Assembly: GCF_036321535.1 (NCBI RefSeq)
Contig: NC_087472.1
Span: 102,488,001-102,552,000 of the forward strand
DNA from: Camelus dromedarius
Taxonomy: Eukaryota
Length of the DNA stretch: 64,000 nt
Direction of reading: 5' to 3'
In this document: positions 52,401-64,000 of the stretch, in pieces
How the letters are laid out: every line of letters begins with the position of its first letter
Numbering within the stretch: position 1 is the stretch's first letter
Made by a program: the position numbers and the translations under genes
The notes under the pieces: generated by a model
The model's database searches: none
Told to the model about the DNA's origin: nothing
What the model saw: the letters and a program-made list of their open reading frames with translations, nothing else

Positions 52401-52536
52401 GACTAGAAAAGCAATTATACCTGCTGCATTTCCTGGGGGCTTGTCCCTTGGGAAAGGAGACCTTGTCGGAAATGGCCTGAAGCCATCTAAGAGAAAGAGT
52501 GACTTTGAGTTAGCCTGAACTATGAGGATACCAGGG

Positions 52537-53071
52537 TGTTGAGGCAGGGGACCTTTCCCCCTCTCTACCCCAATTGAGTTCTTGTGGCTGGACTAATAAT
52601 AATATTGACACAAGGCAGATTAGCAGGAGAAAAAGAAGCAAATTTTAATTTGTGCACATTGAAGTCTCATACAAATGGGACCTAACAAGTGGCCAAAGCA
52701 AGCTGCTTTTATAGAAAGAGAAGCAGTAAATTTGTGAGGAATTAACAGGACAAAGAATCAGGCTTTGGGTGCTTAATTAGTAAAGAATCTAAACAGAGTT
52801 TGGGGTTGGGGTTGGGGTAGTCAATTAAATTAACAAGGTTTGTTTATATAGGCTTCTCTGTCCAAATTCCCTATCTCTGGCGATAAGGGTGTTCTTCTAC
52901 CTCCAGATGCAGGGAGGGCACCTTTCACAAGGGAGATTTATTTCTTGCTTTCAGGGAGACAGAGAGGAGGGTCAGAGCATTCCTCTTGCACCAGCTCTAT
53001 CTTAAGTAACTTTAATTCAAACTAATCAATATGCCATTGAGGCATATTTTGGGGTGCCTGCCCTGGGCCCA
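52537..53071 (-). mobile_element. ERV1-class solo LTR (MER34-like relative)
   Basis: ggctggactaataataatattgac...ggcatattttggggtg, shared with other copies. Confidence 0.7.
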
Positions 53072-53404
53072 ATGGAAATGGAGGCAGTGTAAGTCTCTGA
53101 AGGGCCTTCAGATAGCAGGCAGATTTGGGGAAAGCAGATCAAATTACCATTAAAAAACTTTTGCTTAACTTTGCTCACTCTTAACACCTTCCACAAATAA
53201 AATACTAGATCTCATTAGTGAGATGTGTTTTGCAACTTGGAATTCTACTGCCAAGATGGATCATGAAAATAACTGGCTCTGACAGTAACAAGTTAAATAA
53301 TCATCTTACCATTTAATGGGTTTTCTTATTTAAAGATGAGAAGACATTTAAAGCTATTCTCATATTTGTCTGCTTCAATTGTGTCATGATTATTCTCATT
53401 TCAG

Positions 53405-53549
53405 ATCACCCCTATTTTGTCGGTGTCCAGTTCCATCCCGAGTTTTCTTCTAGGCCGATGAAGCCTTCCCCTCCATACCTGGGGCTGTTACTTGCGGCAA
53501 CTGGGAGCCTGAATGCCTACCTGCTACAGGGATGCAAGCTGTCTTCCAG
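53405..53549 (+). CDS. CTPS2: CTPS2 exon (about exon 17), (N)[47 protein letters not shown](S); catalytic His-x-Glu
   Basis: tttcag| acceptor, |gtaacc donor; 145 bp; QFHPE motif completes the Cys-His-Glu triad. Confidence 0.97.
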
Positions 53550-56454
53550 GTAACCAGCTTACTGTTCCTAGCAACAACTCAGGATGCAGTTATCAACATC
53601 TTAGGCTTCTCATCAAATTTAATATCATTGTAGGATTTTTTTCCCAAAAGTTGAGAATCATTTTTTTCCCCTCTTAACATACCTTTTTCTTTTAATGAAA
53701 ATGACTTAGTCACATCTACAGTGGTAACATTTCAGCTTTCCAAATCATTCTGATGCTAAGTATTGTTTTAGAAATTTTTGTCATTTTGGTAAGTGAAAAA
53801 AGGGGGTTTCTTTTGTTAACTCTTTGATTAAAAAATATATATGAGTATTTTATGTGTTTATTAGCTCTTTGTTTTATGAATAGCCTGTTCATAGCCTTTG
53901 CCCTATTTTCCTTTGGCAATTATCATTTTTTCTTAATGATTGGTAATCTATATATAAAGAACAGTGATCCTTTGTTAGGTTACAAATACTTTTTCAAAGT
54001 GATTTTGTTTTTCTTCTAAGCTGTTAATGGTCTTTATTAGTTTTAATCTTAGTTTTTATTTTCCCTAAAAAGTTTTAAATAAAGACTTTGTGTAGTCCTT
54101 ATTTATGTATATTTTTAAGTTTATGTAGTCATATCTTTTACCTGTATGGATTATGTCATTAGTATCATGCCTAAAGTCTTTCCCTATCAAAAGATAGTTA
54201 TATAAATGATTACCCATTTGTTTTCCACCAGTACTTTTATGGTTTCAATTTTATAGTTTAAATTTTATAGTAATCTATATGGACTTTTATTTTTGGTGTA
54301 GTGTGTGAGGTTTGTGGGGTAGGGATCTGCCTCCCCCGACCCACCCCCACCCTCACCCTGCCACTTGTTAGTCAGTTGTGTGGATTAGATTTGTTTCAGG
54401 GATTTCTATTTTGTTCCATTGATGATTTCATCTCTTTTTTCATAGCATTATTGTAAATCAAGCCCTTATCTACCCTGCTCCCATTATTATTTAATATTTT
54501 AAAAAATGTATCTTGCTGCTATTCTAGATGAACTGTACAATGATTTTTATTTTTTTATTTAAAAATTTTTTACAATCATTTTTAAAGTTAAGTTTGAATA
54601 AAAAAAATCCCTTAGGGATTTTCATTAAGATTTCTTTACATTTAAATATGACTGGGGAGAATTTACATCTTTACTTAGTCTCTTGTAAGAATATTGTATG
54701 TAATAACTTTAAAAGTGAAAGGAACGAACCAGAATCATGGACTTGGGTAGAGTTATTACCAGGATAACCAGATATATGTTATTTGGAAGATTACCACTGC
54801 AGACCCTCATCCCAGCAAATAACCCTTGTGACATTGTGATAGAGGACTGCAGGATCGCTGCGTCGTTGTGTACATGTGTGCTTTGTTACACAAGCCTGCT
54901 TGTTTGCAACATTACCTGCTAGGAGAGGCTCACAGTTCTCTAGCATTTCCTTTACTTGTGTGTTCAGAGGGGAGCATCTGTATGTATTTTGTGTGTTGGG
55001 CATCTTGCTTAATTAATGATCACTCTTTACACTCTTGAACCAGTGCACTGGTTTTTACCCTGTGCCCTATGAAGCTGGAGTCCAGGCTGCTGTGAGGAGT
55101 AGGCTATGCAGTGGGAGATGAGGGGTGGGGTGGAAGGGTGGGCGGTAGCTCCAGGCTCTTCCCTGCTTTAGCTGAGCAGCTCCACTTTTTCTGACTCATG
55201 TGGCACGGTGTTGTATGAGATTGCACATGGAAATGAGCTTCTTGTGTTCTGAGGCTGCGCAGCTTACACGGCAGGGACATTCCAATCTGGTGCCATGTCG
55301 GATGTATGTGCTGACCCTTCCTGCCACTTTATTGTCTCCGTTATTTTGGGTGCTCACACATGAAAGGAGGATGACAGTGGAACAAGTTAGATGGCTGAGA
55401 GAAATAATTCATTCATAATAATTCATGCATGACTACCTGGTTGTTTGCAAATATCAAGTAGTATGTGAATGGTGTCTGTGTGCTGGGCAGTGTGCCACTT
55501 TCCACCTGGGGGCTGGTGGTCTATGGGTAAAACTCACCAGTAGTTTCTGAGAAAAGTGACTGCTTGCTAGCAACTCCTGAGCAAGACACAGTATGTCTTA
55601 GAAAGGAAAGACCTCTTAACAAAACTCTGATGCTAGTATTGGAATTCCAGAGTAGCTGGCTTCCAGGCTAGTCAGAGAATCCCTGTGCATTAGCCCTGAA
55701 ATGGAGTGTTCCTTAAGAGCAGCCAGCATGTGATTTATCTTTGTTTCCCTGGCTCCCTAGTATGCAGCCGTTCTTTACTACCTATTAAAGTAATGAATGT
55801 AGGTAGCAGGGGAGGATATAGTATAGTCTGATCTTGACACCTCTCAGGGAGTGGTTGCTCATGACTTAATCCAGCAGCAGACACTGGGCTTCCAGGAGAA
55901 CCTTGCCGGCTTGTCCCTGCCTTTTCGGTGGTCAGTGACCACCGAAAAGCAAATAACTGCTTTGATGGCCCGGCTCTAATGTGAGCTGAGTTGGGACTGT
56001 ATGTCGATCAAACAAGATTACTGTTTGTATTCAATCCTCAACAGTGTGGCAAGAAATATGAACACTAGAATAATGACTTCCTTTCCTAGAATTTCTGGGC
56101 TAATAATATTTAAATGGACAGCACGTGTACAGCCGATGTCTTTTTAAAACCCACAATGAAAAATTCCTTGGCTTTGAGCAAATGTACCTGGGCTGTAACC
56201 TTTGCATTCTGCCCTGTGGAGAACGTTTGTCTTAGTGTCTGGGAAGTTGCAGTAAGAATATTATTTTGGGCTCTAGAGCTGGTGAGCTAACCTCTCAGCT
56301 ACTCTGGTATATATCGGATGGCAGCCGTTACGAAGACCAGTCCACTGGGTTTTAGATTTGTAGTGGTCTGTTCAAGAGGCATAATAGCGTTAGGATAGAA
56401 TTTTTTATGTTTTTGTAAGCTACTCAAAAGTACTTGCCAAATTAAACTAAGTCT

Positions 56455-56981
56455 TGTTTTAGGGGTCCCCCAAGACTGCCCACACATTTGGTGATTCACT
56501 GGAAGGAATCAGAATACAGTTGTACTCGGCTAGAATTGATTTCGGTGACACCGTAGGCAAACCCAGCTGGGTCAGTAAGGGGAAGAGGAATAACTAGGGT
56601 ATGGAGAAGTCTGTCTGCAGGTTTCTTATGCTCTCTCCTTCCTGAGAAAGGTCACAGAGCTCGTCCTCCCCCCCAGCAGTAAAAGTGCAGTGTGTGATGT
56701 TTATGCCCAGAGAAGCCCGTGTGACACTCAGAGTTTAGGGTTTCTTTAGGGGGCTTGTCACATGGGCCTTCTCTGCGTAGCAACCACCCAAATTCCAGGC
56801 TCTCAAAAGGAGAACAGCATTCACCATAAATCACATTGCTTGTACAAAGAGCCTAGGCCCAACGAAATAACCTTATCAGTTAGTAATGGAGAAAACATTC
56901 TGCAAGCTAGCTAAGTTCCCCTGCAGGCAGGCCCTTCTAAAGATAGCAGCCTCAGGCCTGCTGTGTTAACTCTTTTGCGCA
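56455..56981. mobile_element. MER21-like solo LTR
   Basis: tgttttaggggtcccccaagac...ggcctgctgtgttaactcttttgcgca; 5-bp TSD agtct. Confidence 0.75.
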
Positions 56982-58261
56982 AGTCTAATAAACATTTTTA
57001 GAATAAAGAAATCCAATGGGAAATTATGGTCCATTAAATAAATCATTGTAATTATTTGCTGATATCTCTCCCCTGGTGTCTAAATAGAATTTGTCCCATG
57101 TATAAACGGTAACCACAGATTTGTATGGTTTGGCTGGCATATAATGTCATGGAATGAGACTGCTTCATGTAAATGTAGTGAAGAATTTTAGGAGATTTAT
57201 GCTAAACAGAATATCCAAAGGTTCTTGTAATTGTGAGTTCCTCAGTATCTAGAAACAAAGCACGTGCTCTCTGTCCAGAATTCCATTTTTAAGCAACTAG
57301 AAAGAGAAGTGGTGTGGGAGTCTAAAGTTCCTAGGTTGTTTTTCAGCCCCTGTTGTCTCTGGGCAGACCCTCAAGGCTCTGAGGAGCAATCACTCCACAC
57401 TGAGCTTGGGAAAGATGTCCAGTTTTTGTGATGCTGACATCTATCATGCCCTTCTGTGGGTCCGAGTCGAACTCTCCTGCTTAGTTAGTGCTTGTTCTAT
57501 GTCAGGAAGCAAGACCCTAAATGGGGTTCAGTCAGCAGTTCACAAAAATGCGGCTTTTTGGGGAAACGTGTTTTTAAAGTATAAAACTGGAATCTTAAGA
57601 CATGTGAGTAGCATTTTATTCTAGATTTTAGAATCCTGGATTCCATGTCTCCATCCAACACATACTATCTCTTGTGCAGAAAAATTGTCTTTTTGTAGTG
57701 AAACAGGAAGCAGGCTGGTGGAGAAACAGCAGGAAGGAAGTTTCTCCAAGATGCGCTGTATTCATTTGGCTGTTTCAGACCAAACTCAAAAGTTGAGAGT
57801 CCTCTCTAATCAGAGGGTCCTTAAAGGAAGTACAGACCCGGAGTCAGTGCCTTCCATTCCTGATCGCTTGTGTGCTCCTGGGATCGCCGTCCGTTCTCTC
57901 CTTTGAGCTCACCTTTCCTGCTTCACTTTTCTCTTTGAATCTCAGCAGCAGTCAGGGAGTGAAGGCACCCATGTCCTTTGCCATCATCCCTGGTCTCCCT
58001 TCTGTGACTATTGGACTTTTCCTTCTAAGTGACCTGCTGACTTCCAACCTGAGAAGATTTTGTTTTCTGTTGACTTCTAGCTGTAGCATTACAGAAAATT
58101 TGGAAAATAGAGGAAAGCATCTGTAAACCTATAAGTCTGACAGTCATTGTGCTTGCTTTTGAGTCTTTCTTTCCCATCTTTAGTGTATATCCATATATGA
58201 CTCATTTCATGGTTGTAATCATAATAGTGAGTATGTGCGTGTGTGTATTTTTTCACAATTC

Positions 58262-58420
58262 TTTAATTGATTGATTGAAGTATAATTGGTTTACAATGTT
58301 GTGTTGTTTTCTGGTGTACAGCATAGCCATTCAGTTACACATATATATATATTCCTTTTCAGATTCTTTTTCATTATAGGGTATTACAAGATATTGCTAC
58401 ACAGTAGGACCTTGTTGTAC
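58262..58420 (-). mobile_element. Truncated L1 3' end
   Basis: attgaagtataattggtttacaatgttgtg..., same family as 1190-1389. Confidence 0.75.
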
Positions 58421-60475
58421 TCAGTTCTTTTGTTTTGAAGACGTCCAAGCCTATAGAAAAGAGGAAAGAATACTGTAGTGCAAACTTGGACACTTTCACC
58501 TAGATTCATCAATTGTTGCCCTTTTAGCACATTTACTTCTCTCTCTTTCTCTCTGTATAAATTTATTTCTGAATCACTTGTAAGTTGCAAACATCATAGT
58601 ATTTCCCTCCAAATACTTTATCATGCATTTCCTAAAATGGAAGACATTTTCTCACATAACTAGAGTCTCATGATCACACTTAAGAAAATTACCATTAAGT
58701 CAATGACATTGTTTAATATCCTGTCCATATTTAAATTTCTCCATCTGTCCCCAAATGTCTCTTTACCTTTTTTTAAATTAAAAAAATGTAATCAGTGCTC
58801 AATTTTAGGTTCATTTGGTTCTGTTTCCTTAGTTTCTTTTAATCTGGGTAAATCATTCTGTCTTTTTCAGTTCTTTATAACACTGACTTTTATGAAGAGT
58901 CCAGGCCAGTCATCTTGTAGCAATGACCAGAATGTGAATTCATCTGATTGTTTTCTCACAATTAGAATCAGGTTAGACATTTTTGGAAGAATTGTTCACT
59001 GGGGCTGTTGTGTACTTTATGAGGACCTGTCAGGAGGCACATAAGGCATGTAACATTCCCTCTCTCTTGTCACTCGGTGGATGATGTTGAGTTTATCATG
59101 TGGGTAGAGTAGTGACTATCTGGATGTCTCTTTTGTAAAGAAACATTTTTCTCTATTTTGGTTTCTAAAATACCACCCCCCCAAAGTGAACTAGGGTTCC
59201 TGGAAGAAATAGCTGGTTCCAGGTCTAGGGCAGGAAAAGTACAAGATGAGATTGGAATATATTGCTGGACTTAAAGGAAGAAAGAGTTCAAAAACCAAGG
59301 GGGAGGTTTGTATAAGATCAAAGGAACACACTTGAAAGGGTTCCTGCTGGCCTCATTTTGCACAGTTTGAACAGGAAAAAGAATAATTACAGCATTGGAT
59401 TATAACATACTACATTTCTTACAAAAATTCCATAGTGCTACTCAGGAAAAACATAAAGGCCAATTAAAAAAATGTAGAAGCAACCCCCAATATAATCACT
59501 GAGTCAAATAAGGGTCATCAGTGGATGCCAAAGCCATTCGATGAAAGGTCATGGAAAACAGTATAGTCTTATGTTCTCAAAGCATTGCCAGAGTCTTTCT
59601 TAATTACAGAAGCCTGTCTTTTGACCTTAACACCTTATACGCATTTTTTCAAGTTGCATGATACTCATGGTGTTTAATGACGGTATACTTCATCATTCAC
59701 TCAACGTGCCACATGTCCTAACGCTCACTCCATCCTCGCTATGGTGCTGGGCATAAGAGAATTAAGAACTAGTCGAATAAGAATACATGCCCTGTCCTGG
59801 GGGACTTACTGTGTAGTTATAATGGTTCTCTACATTTTGGGGCTGACAAATCACCTTCTGAGAATGTGATGAAAGTGGGGGGCTCACTTCCTGGAAAACT
59901 GTACACACATAGCAATTTGAACATCATTTCTTGGTGTTCATATCCCAGAAGCCCTCCATCTATTGACATTCTTCTAGGGAATCCTCAGATACAGACCTCC
60001 AGCTAAGAAAGGACACAGATGTGCAAGTGCTCAGCCCCCACGGTGTAGGAAATAAGCCTTACAGCTTGTCTCTCTTTGATGGCCGCACCCCAGGAGCACT
60101 CCCAGGCTCTCAGGATTATGACTAACATCAAGATAAACATCTTCCTAGTAGTGGTACCACCATCCATTTCATCCACACACCTGACTGAACTCCCACGAGT
60201 GAGCTCAGATTCCTCTCCATGCCTCCTCATCTTCCATAGTCAGCAGGTCGTGGAGAATTATGATGTTGGAATCCACCTGCCCTCCCTCTGTCTTCTGCCA
60301 GGCTGAAGGGAGTGTGCCTGGGCTTCAGTGCATGGGCTCTGGAGGCAGGACCTGCTGAGTTCAACCCAGCTCTTTCATTTCCCAGCTGGCTGCACCCTCA
60401 CTCTTCTGTGCATCAGTGTCTTTGTAAAAAGGGGTAGGAATAGTACCCACTTCACATGGTAGTAATGAAGATTAC

Positions 60476-60526
60476 TTTTTTTTTTAATTGAAGTATAGCC
60501 GATTTACAATGTTGTGTTAATTTCTA
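60476..60526 (-). mobile_element. Extremely truncated L1 3' end inside a MIR
   Basis: Poly(T) plus attgaagtatagccgatttacaatgttgtg; TSD aagattac(t/g)tttt. Confidence 0.75.
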
Positions 60527-62518
60527 AAGATTACGTTTTATACTAAATGTAAAGCATGTAGCACAGCGCCTGGTCTGTGGTAGGAAATTAAATGGGAATT
60601 CTTGTGTTGTTATCATTGTTAATTTCACCTTAGTTCCCATCGCCGTCGTCTCTTGCAAAGCCTCCTGCCTGGTGTCTATGGCGCTAGCTCTCGTCTTCTC
60701 AATCCATCTTCTGCCGGCAGAATGGTGAAAGGTCTTCCTAGTTTGAGCTTAAAACTCTAAATGGCTTCCCCTGACTTACAGGATAAAATGCACACAAATC
60801 CATATGGAACAGCTTGCAGTCCCTGAACTTCCCCAGAGGGTTTAATGCCTTTGCTTCGGCTCTCAGAGCTCCCTTGGCTCCTGATACACATTCCTAAAGT
60901 GCTTAGTGACAGGGGACTGCCAATCTGTAGCCTGTTAGGATGCCGGTTCACCAAATCATTATTGACGGTGGGCATTGGAAGTGGGAGTGGCCTCTCCGCT
61001 GTTGATAAAGAGTGTCCATTTCTCCCTTTAAGTCATCCTTATCCCACTGGGTAGCTCTTTCTCTTTGACTAGGAGAGTGAGATACTCTTTTTCTCCTGAG
61101 TGAATCTGACATGCATTTTCCAGCAGTGTTTTAAACTTGGAATCACCTTGCCTTTTTTTTTTTTAAAAAAACCTTTGGGCTGCATGGTTGATGTTGCCAG
61201 GAACCATTCGTACAATATAAGGTGCAAATATTTTATTTCTGTGAGGTCAGTGTGGGTGAGTGGAGCAGGTGCTATGGGTTTATTTTCTGGGTCTGTTCCA
61301 TAGGGGGTAATTTTTTCTAGGTTCCCCCACTCCTAAACCTCAGGATCTTCCTCCTGTAGGGTTGCTGTGAGGAACAGTTGTGATGGTGCTTTGTCAGCTT
61401 TCAACTGATATAAAAATACTACTCTCCCTGTTTTGTTACATTTCAAGCAAAAGTGAACTGGAAAAAAAGATTCTTTTTTTGCTTTCTTTTTTGACAGTTC
61501 TTTGAAATATCTTTTAAGACTGCTCCCCTACCATTATTGTTTGACTGCAACATCATACCTTGAGACTTTTTCTGGTAAAGCACTGGCGATAAACCCATTT
61601 GAGTACACCTTCCCTCAGGGATTAAATGTTGCTTAAAAGGTTCTCTTTATTGATCGTGGTTCACTGCCTGCTGATGATGTGGTATCAGCCAGGAACAGAG
61701 TTAATAGTCATATAGACTACTGTGCTTTGAATGCCCTGCCAGGGTCGCGTTCTCCCACTTACTATTCAATGCAAAACTCATTCAAAGCGTACTAAGTTTT
61801 TATTCCATTGCTCTTATGTTTTATGACTTCCAGGGGCTCTGTGAGAAGGAAGTAAGTGTAGCAGTAACAGTGCTTTGGGGGAAACTGTGCATGGCAACCT
61901 GTTTTGAAACATGCTTTTCCCTCATGAAATGGATTTCAATATAAAGTATTGTAGGAACTTACACATGCTGGGAATCATAAGTATGCCATTACAGTTTTTA
62001 AGATTCCAACCACCTCTTTCTGTTAATAGAGAAGAAATGGTTTAACATCTGCCTTGGGACAGCATAGAAGGTGGGCTCCATGAGGCATTACTGTACCCTT
62101 GCCCTGGTGTCTTGGAACATGTTTTCTCATAGTGGGAATTTATTAGGAACCAGGAATCTTTGACAAACAGACTTGACTATGACAAGCCTTTTGTTTGTCA
62201 AAGAACCACAGGTAGACCATTGCAGTCAAGTCTTGTAAGTCAAGCCAGTGTTGTAAGGATTGTGATTCCCATGCATTGCTACTGGTGATTTTATCTTGTA
62301 AGGAATAGTGCAGTAAAAAACTTAAAAAAAAAAAAGAGTGCTTCCATTATTTAGGGGGCACATGATAGCATGAGAGATATTTGCTGTGATTTTAATTGAC
62401 TGTAGATAGCCAGACCTTAAAAAAAAAAAAAAAAAAGGCCTTTCTTAGGGAGTAACAAGGAGAACCACTGCATGGTGATTATGATTTTTTTTGCATCATT
62501 ATTAATTTCTTTTTAAAC

Positions 62519-62705
62519 CAGTGCTATCCAGTAGAACTTTCTGCAATGATGGAAATGTTCTGTCATCTGCACTGTCCAGTGGGGTAGTACCAGCCACATA
62601 TGGCTATGGAGGACTTGAAGTGTGGCTCAGTGTGAATGTGTGGGGAATGGAATTTTAAATTTAGATAGCTAGTGTGGCCACTGGCTACCATATTGGACAG
62701 TGCAA
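62519..62705. mobile_element. MER3 hAT MITE
   Basis: cagtgctatccagtagaactttctgcaatgatggaaatgttc...ggctaccatattggacagtgca. Confidence 0.75.
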
Positions 62706-64000
62706 GTTTAAAACTTTCTGCTCCTCAAATGTAACAAGACACCCATAAATGGATCTGTATCGTGTGGCATTTCATAAAGTTTAATGTATGAGACCCTAAT
62801 ATCTAATAACCCTCTCGACTAAGAAGTATTTGTGTGTGTGTGTGTACAGAGATTATTCAAAAAGACAAGGTAGTCTTAAGATAGAGCTGAGATACCTCAA
62901 ATTAACTAAAAATATGCCCAAATAAGTAAATCTTATGACTTAAGTCTGTACTGTGTGAAACAAAAGTGAACCCCTAAGTCTGATGTGGCACAGAGTAGTG
63001 CCACATTTTATTGGCTGTGCAGGAGCCACTGCTGTACCACACGTGGATGATGATCCACATTTTATTTCTAGCACTTGTTTTTTGCTGGCACATAAATGCC
63101 ATAAAAAGCAGCAAATTTAGCAGCCATGCCTATGTTGAGAATGCTGTTCTTGAGGTATGGTGATTTATTTGATTGTCTTACCTTCGCCCCTGAACACATA
63201 GGACAGAAAATTAGCGAACCCAGTCGCTTGCCCTGGAACCTCCCTTTGTTAGTTTCAGCCTGTGCTATTTTGATGTGTTGGCAGAGTTGGGGGCTGACAG
63301 TCGTCAGACAGGATATGACAACCATTAGCTTAAACGGACCCACCCAAGTCCACTTGCTCATGTGGGTAGGGAGTTACTCTTGGTACCAGAAACAATTCTG
63401 AAAATCATGCCCTTGGCAGCTTTCACGGCTTCTTTATATTTCCATGACTTTGGAGAGGTAGCATGTTGTAAAGATGTAACCCCCATAAACAGTAACAGCT
63501 CATGTTTGTATATAGTTTCAGAGCACATTTATGCATTCTCCTTTGGCCCTCATAACATTTTGGTGAGGTCATAGGTATTGTCACTACTTTTTCCTAGATT
63601 CTCAGGATAGGATTCTGGCTCCACCTTGAACATGCTGTGTTCTATGTCACCTGAACATCCTTGGCCTTCACTTCTTCTCACAGAAGGAGTTGAGTGCACC
63701 TTCCATGTACCCCTTTGTTCTGTAGAATTGGGAAGGACTCTGTGTTTGTGTAGTGAGAATGCATGGTTATATAAGGATATATCAACTTTAGGGGGCTGTT
63801 TTTTTTTAAAAAAAAAACATTCTTCAGTTATTCCTGTGTTTTCTTTATTGGAAACCCATTTGTAACAGTAGGAGTGATTTTTCTGAATTAAAATCTAACT
63901 AGGAGGTATCTTCTACTTGATTAGTTTTAATGTTATGTTGATTTATGTGTTTATCTAACACATCTTGTCTTTTCTGCCAATTCTTTGTTTGTTTTGTTTT

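Noticed and set aside
1..64000. CRISPR arrays, operons, or intact ERV/transposase genes
   Set aside because: Eukaryotic intronic DNA with no repeat-spacer array; the LTRs are solo (several with their own TSDs), with no gag/pol/env between them

Overview
Mammalian genomic DNA, most likely camelid: it carries tRNA-derived SINEs of the Vicugna/camel type and camelid-type L1 3' ends. By synteny with human Xp22 it is probably the X chromosome. The + strand holds eight consecutive coding exons of CTPS2 (CTP synthase 2, glutamine amidotransferase half; about exons 10-17, 686 coding nt, phases consistent, all introns GT-AG). The complete three-exon S100G gene (calbindin-D9k, 79 aa) is nested antisense inside the 28-kb CTPS2 intron 5518-33767, with a readable TATA box, an HNF1-like site, a degenerate ERE overlapping the exon 1 donor, and a poly(A) signal. 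The rest is intronic and rich in repeats: about 10 ERV solo LTRs packed into 9-22.5 kb, plus SINEs, L1/L2/MIR fragments and Tigger/hAT MITEs. I found no convincing wholly new gene or system; the nested CTPS2/S100G arrangement is known from human. The most unusual local signals are a probable L1 3' transduction, a 30-bp exact templated duplication with G4 potential, a perfect 29-bp palindrome centred on an IR1 nuclear-receptor motif, a TSD-flanked orphan insertion, inverted repeat pairs, and candidate S100G regulatory elements. Repeat family names come from memory of consensus sequences and need RepeatMasker/Dfam confirmation.
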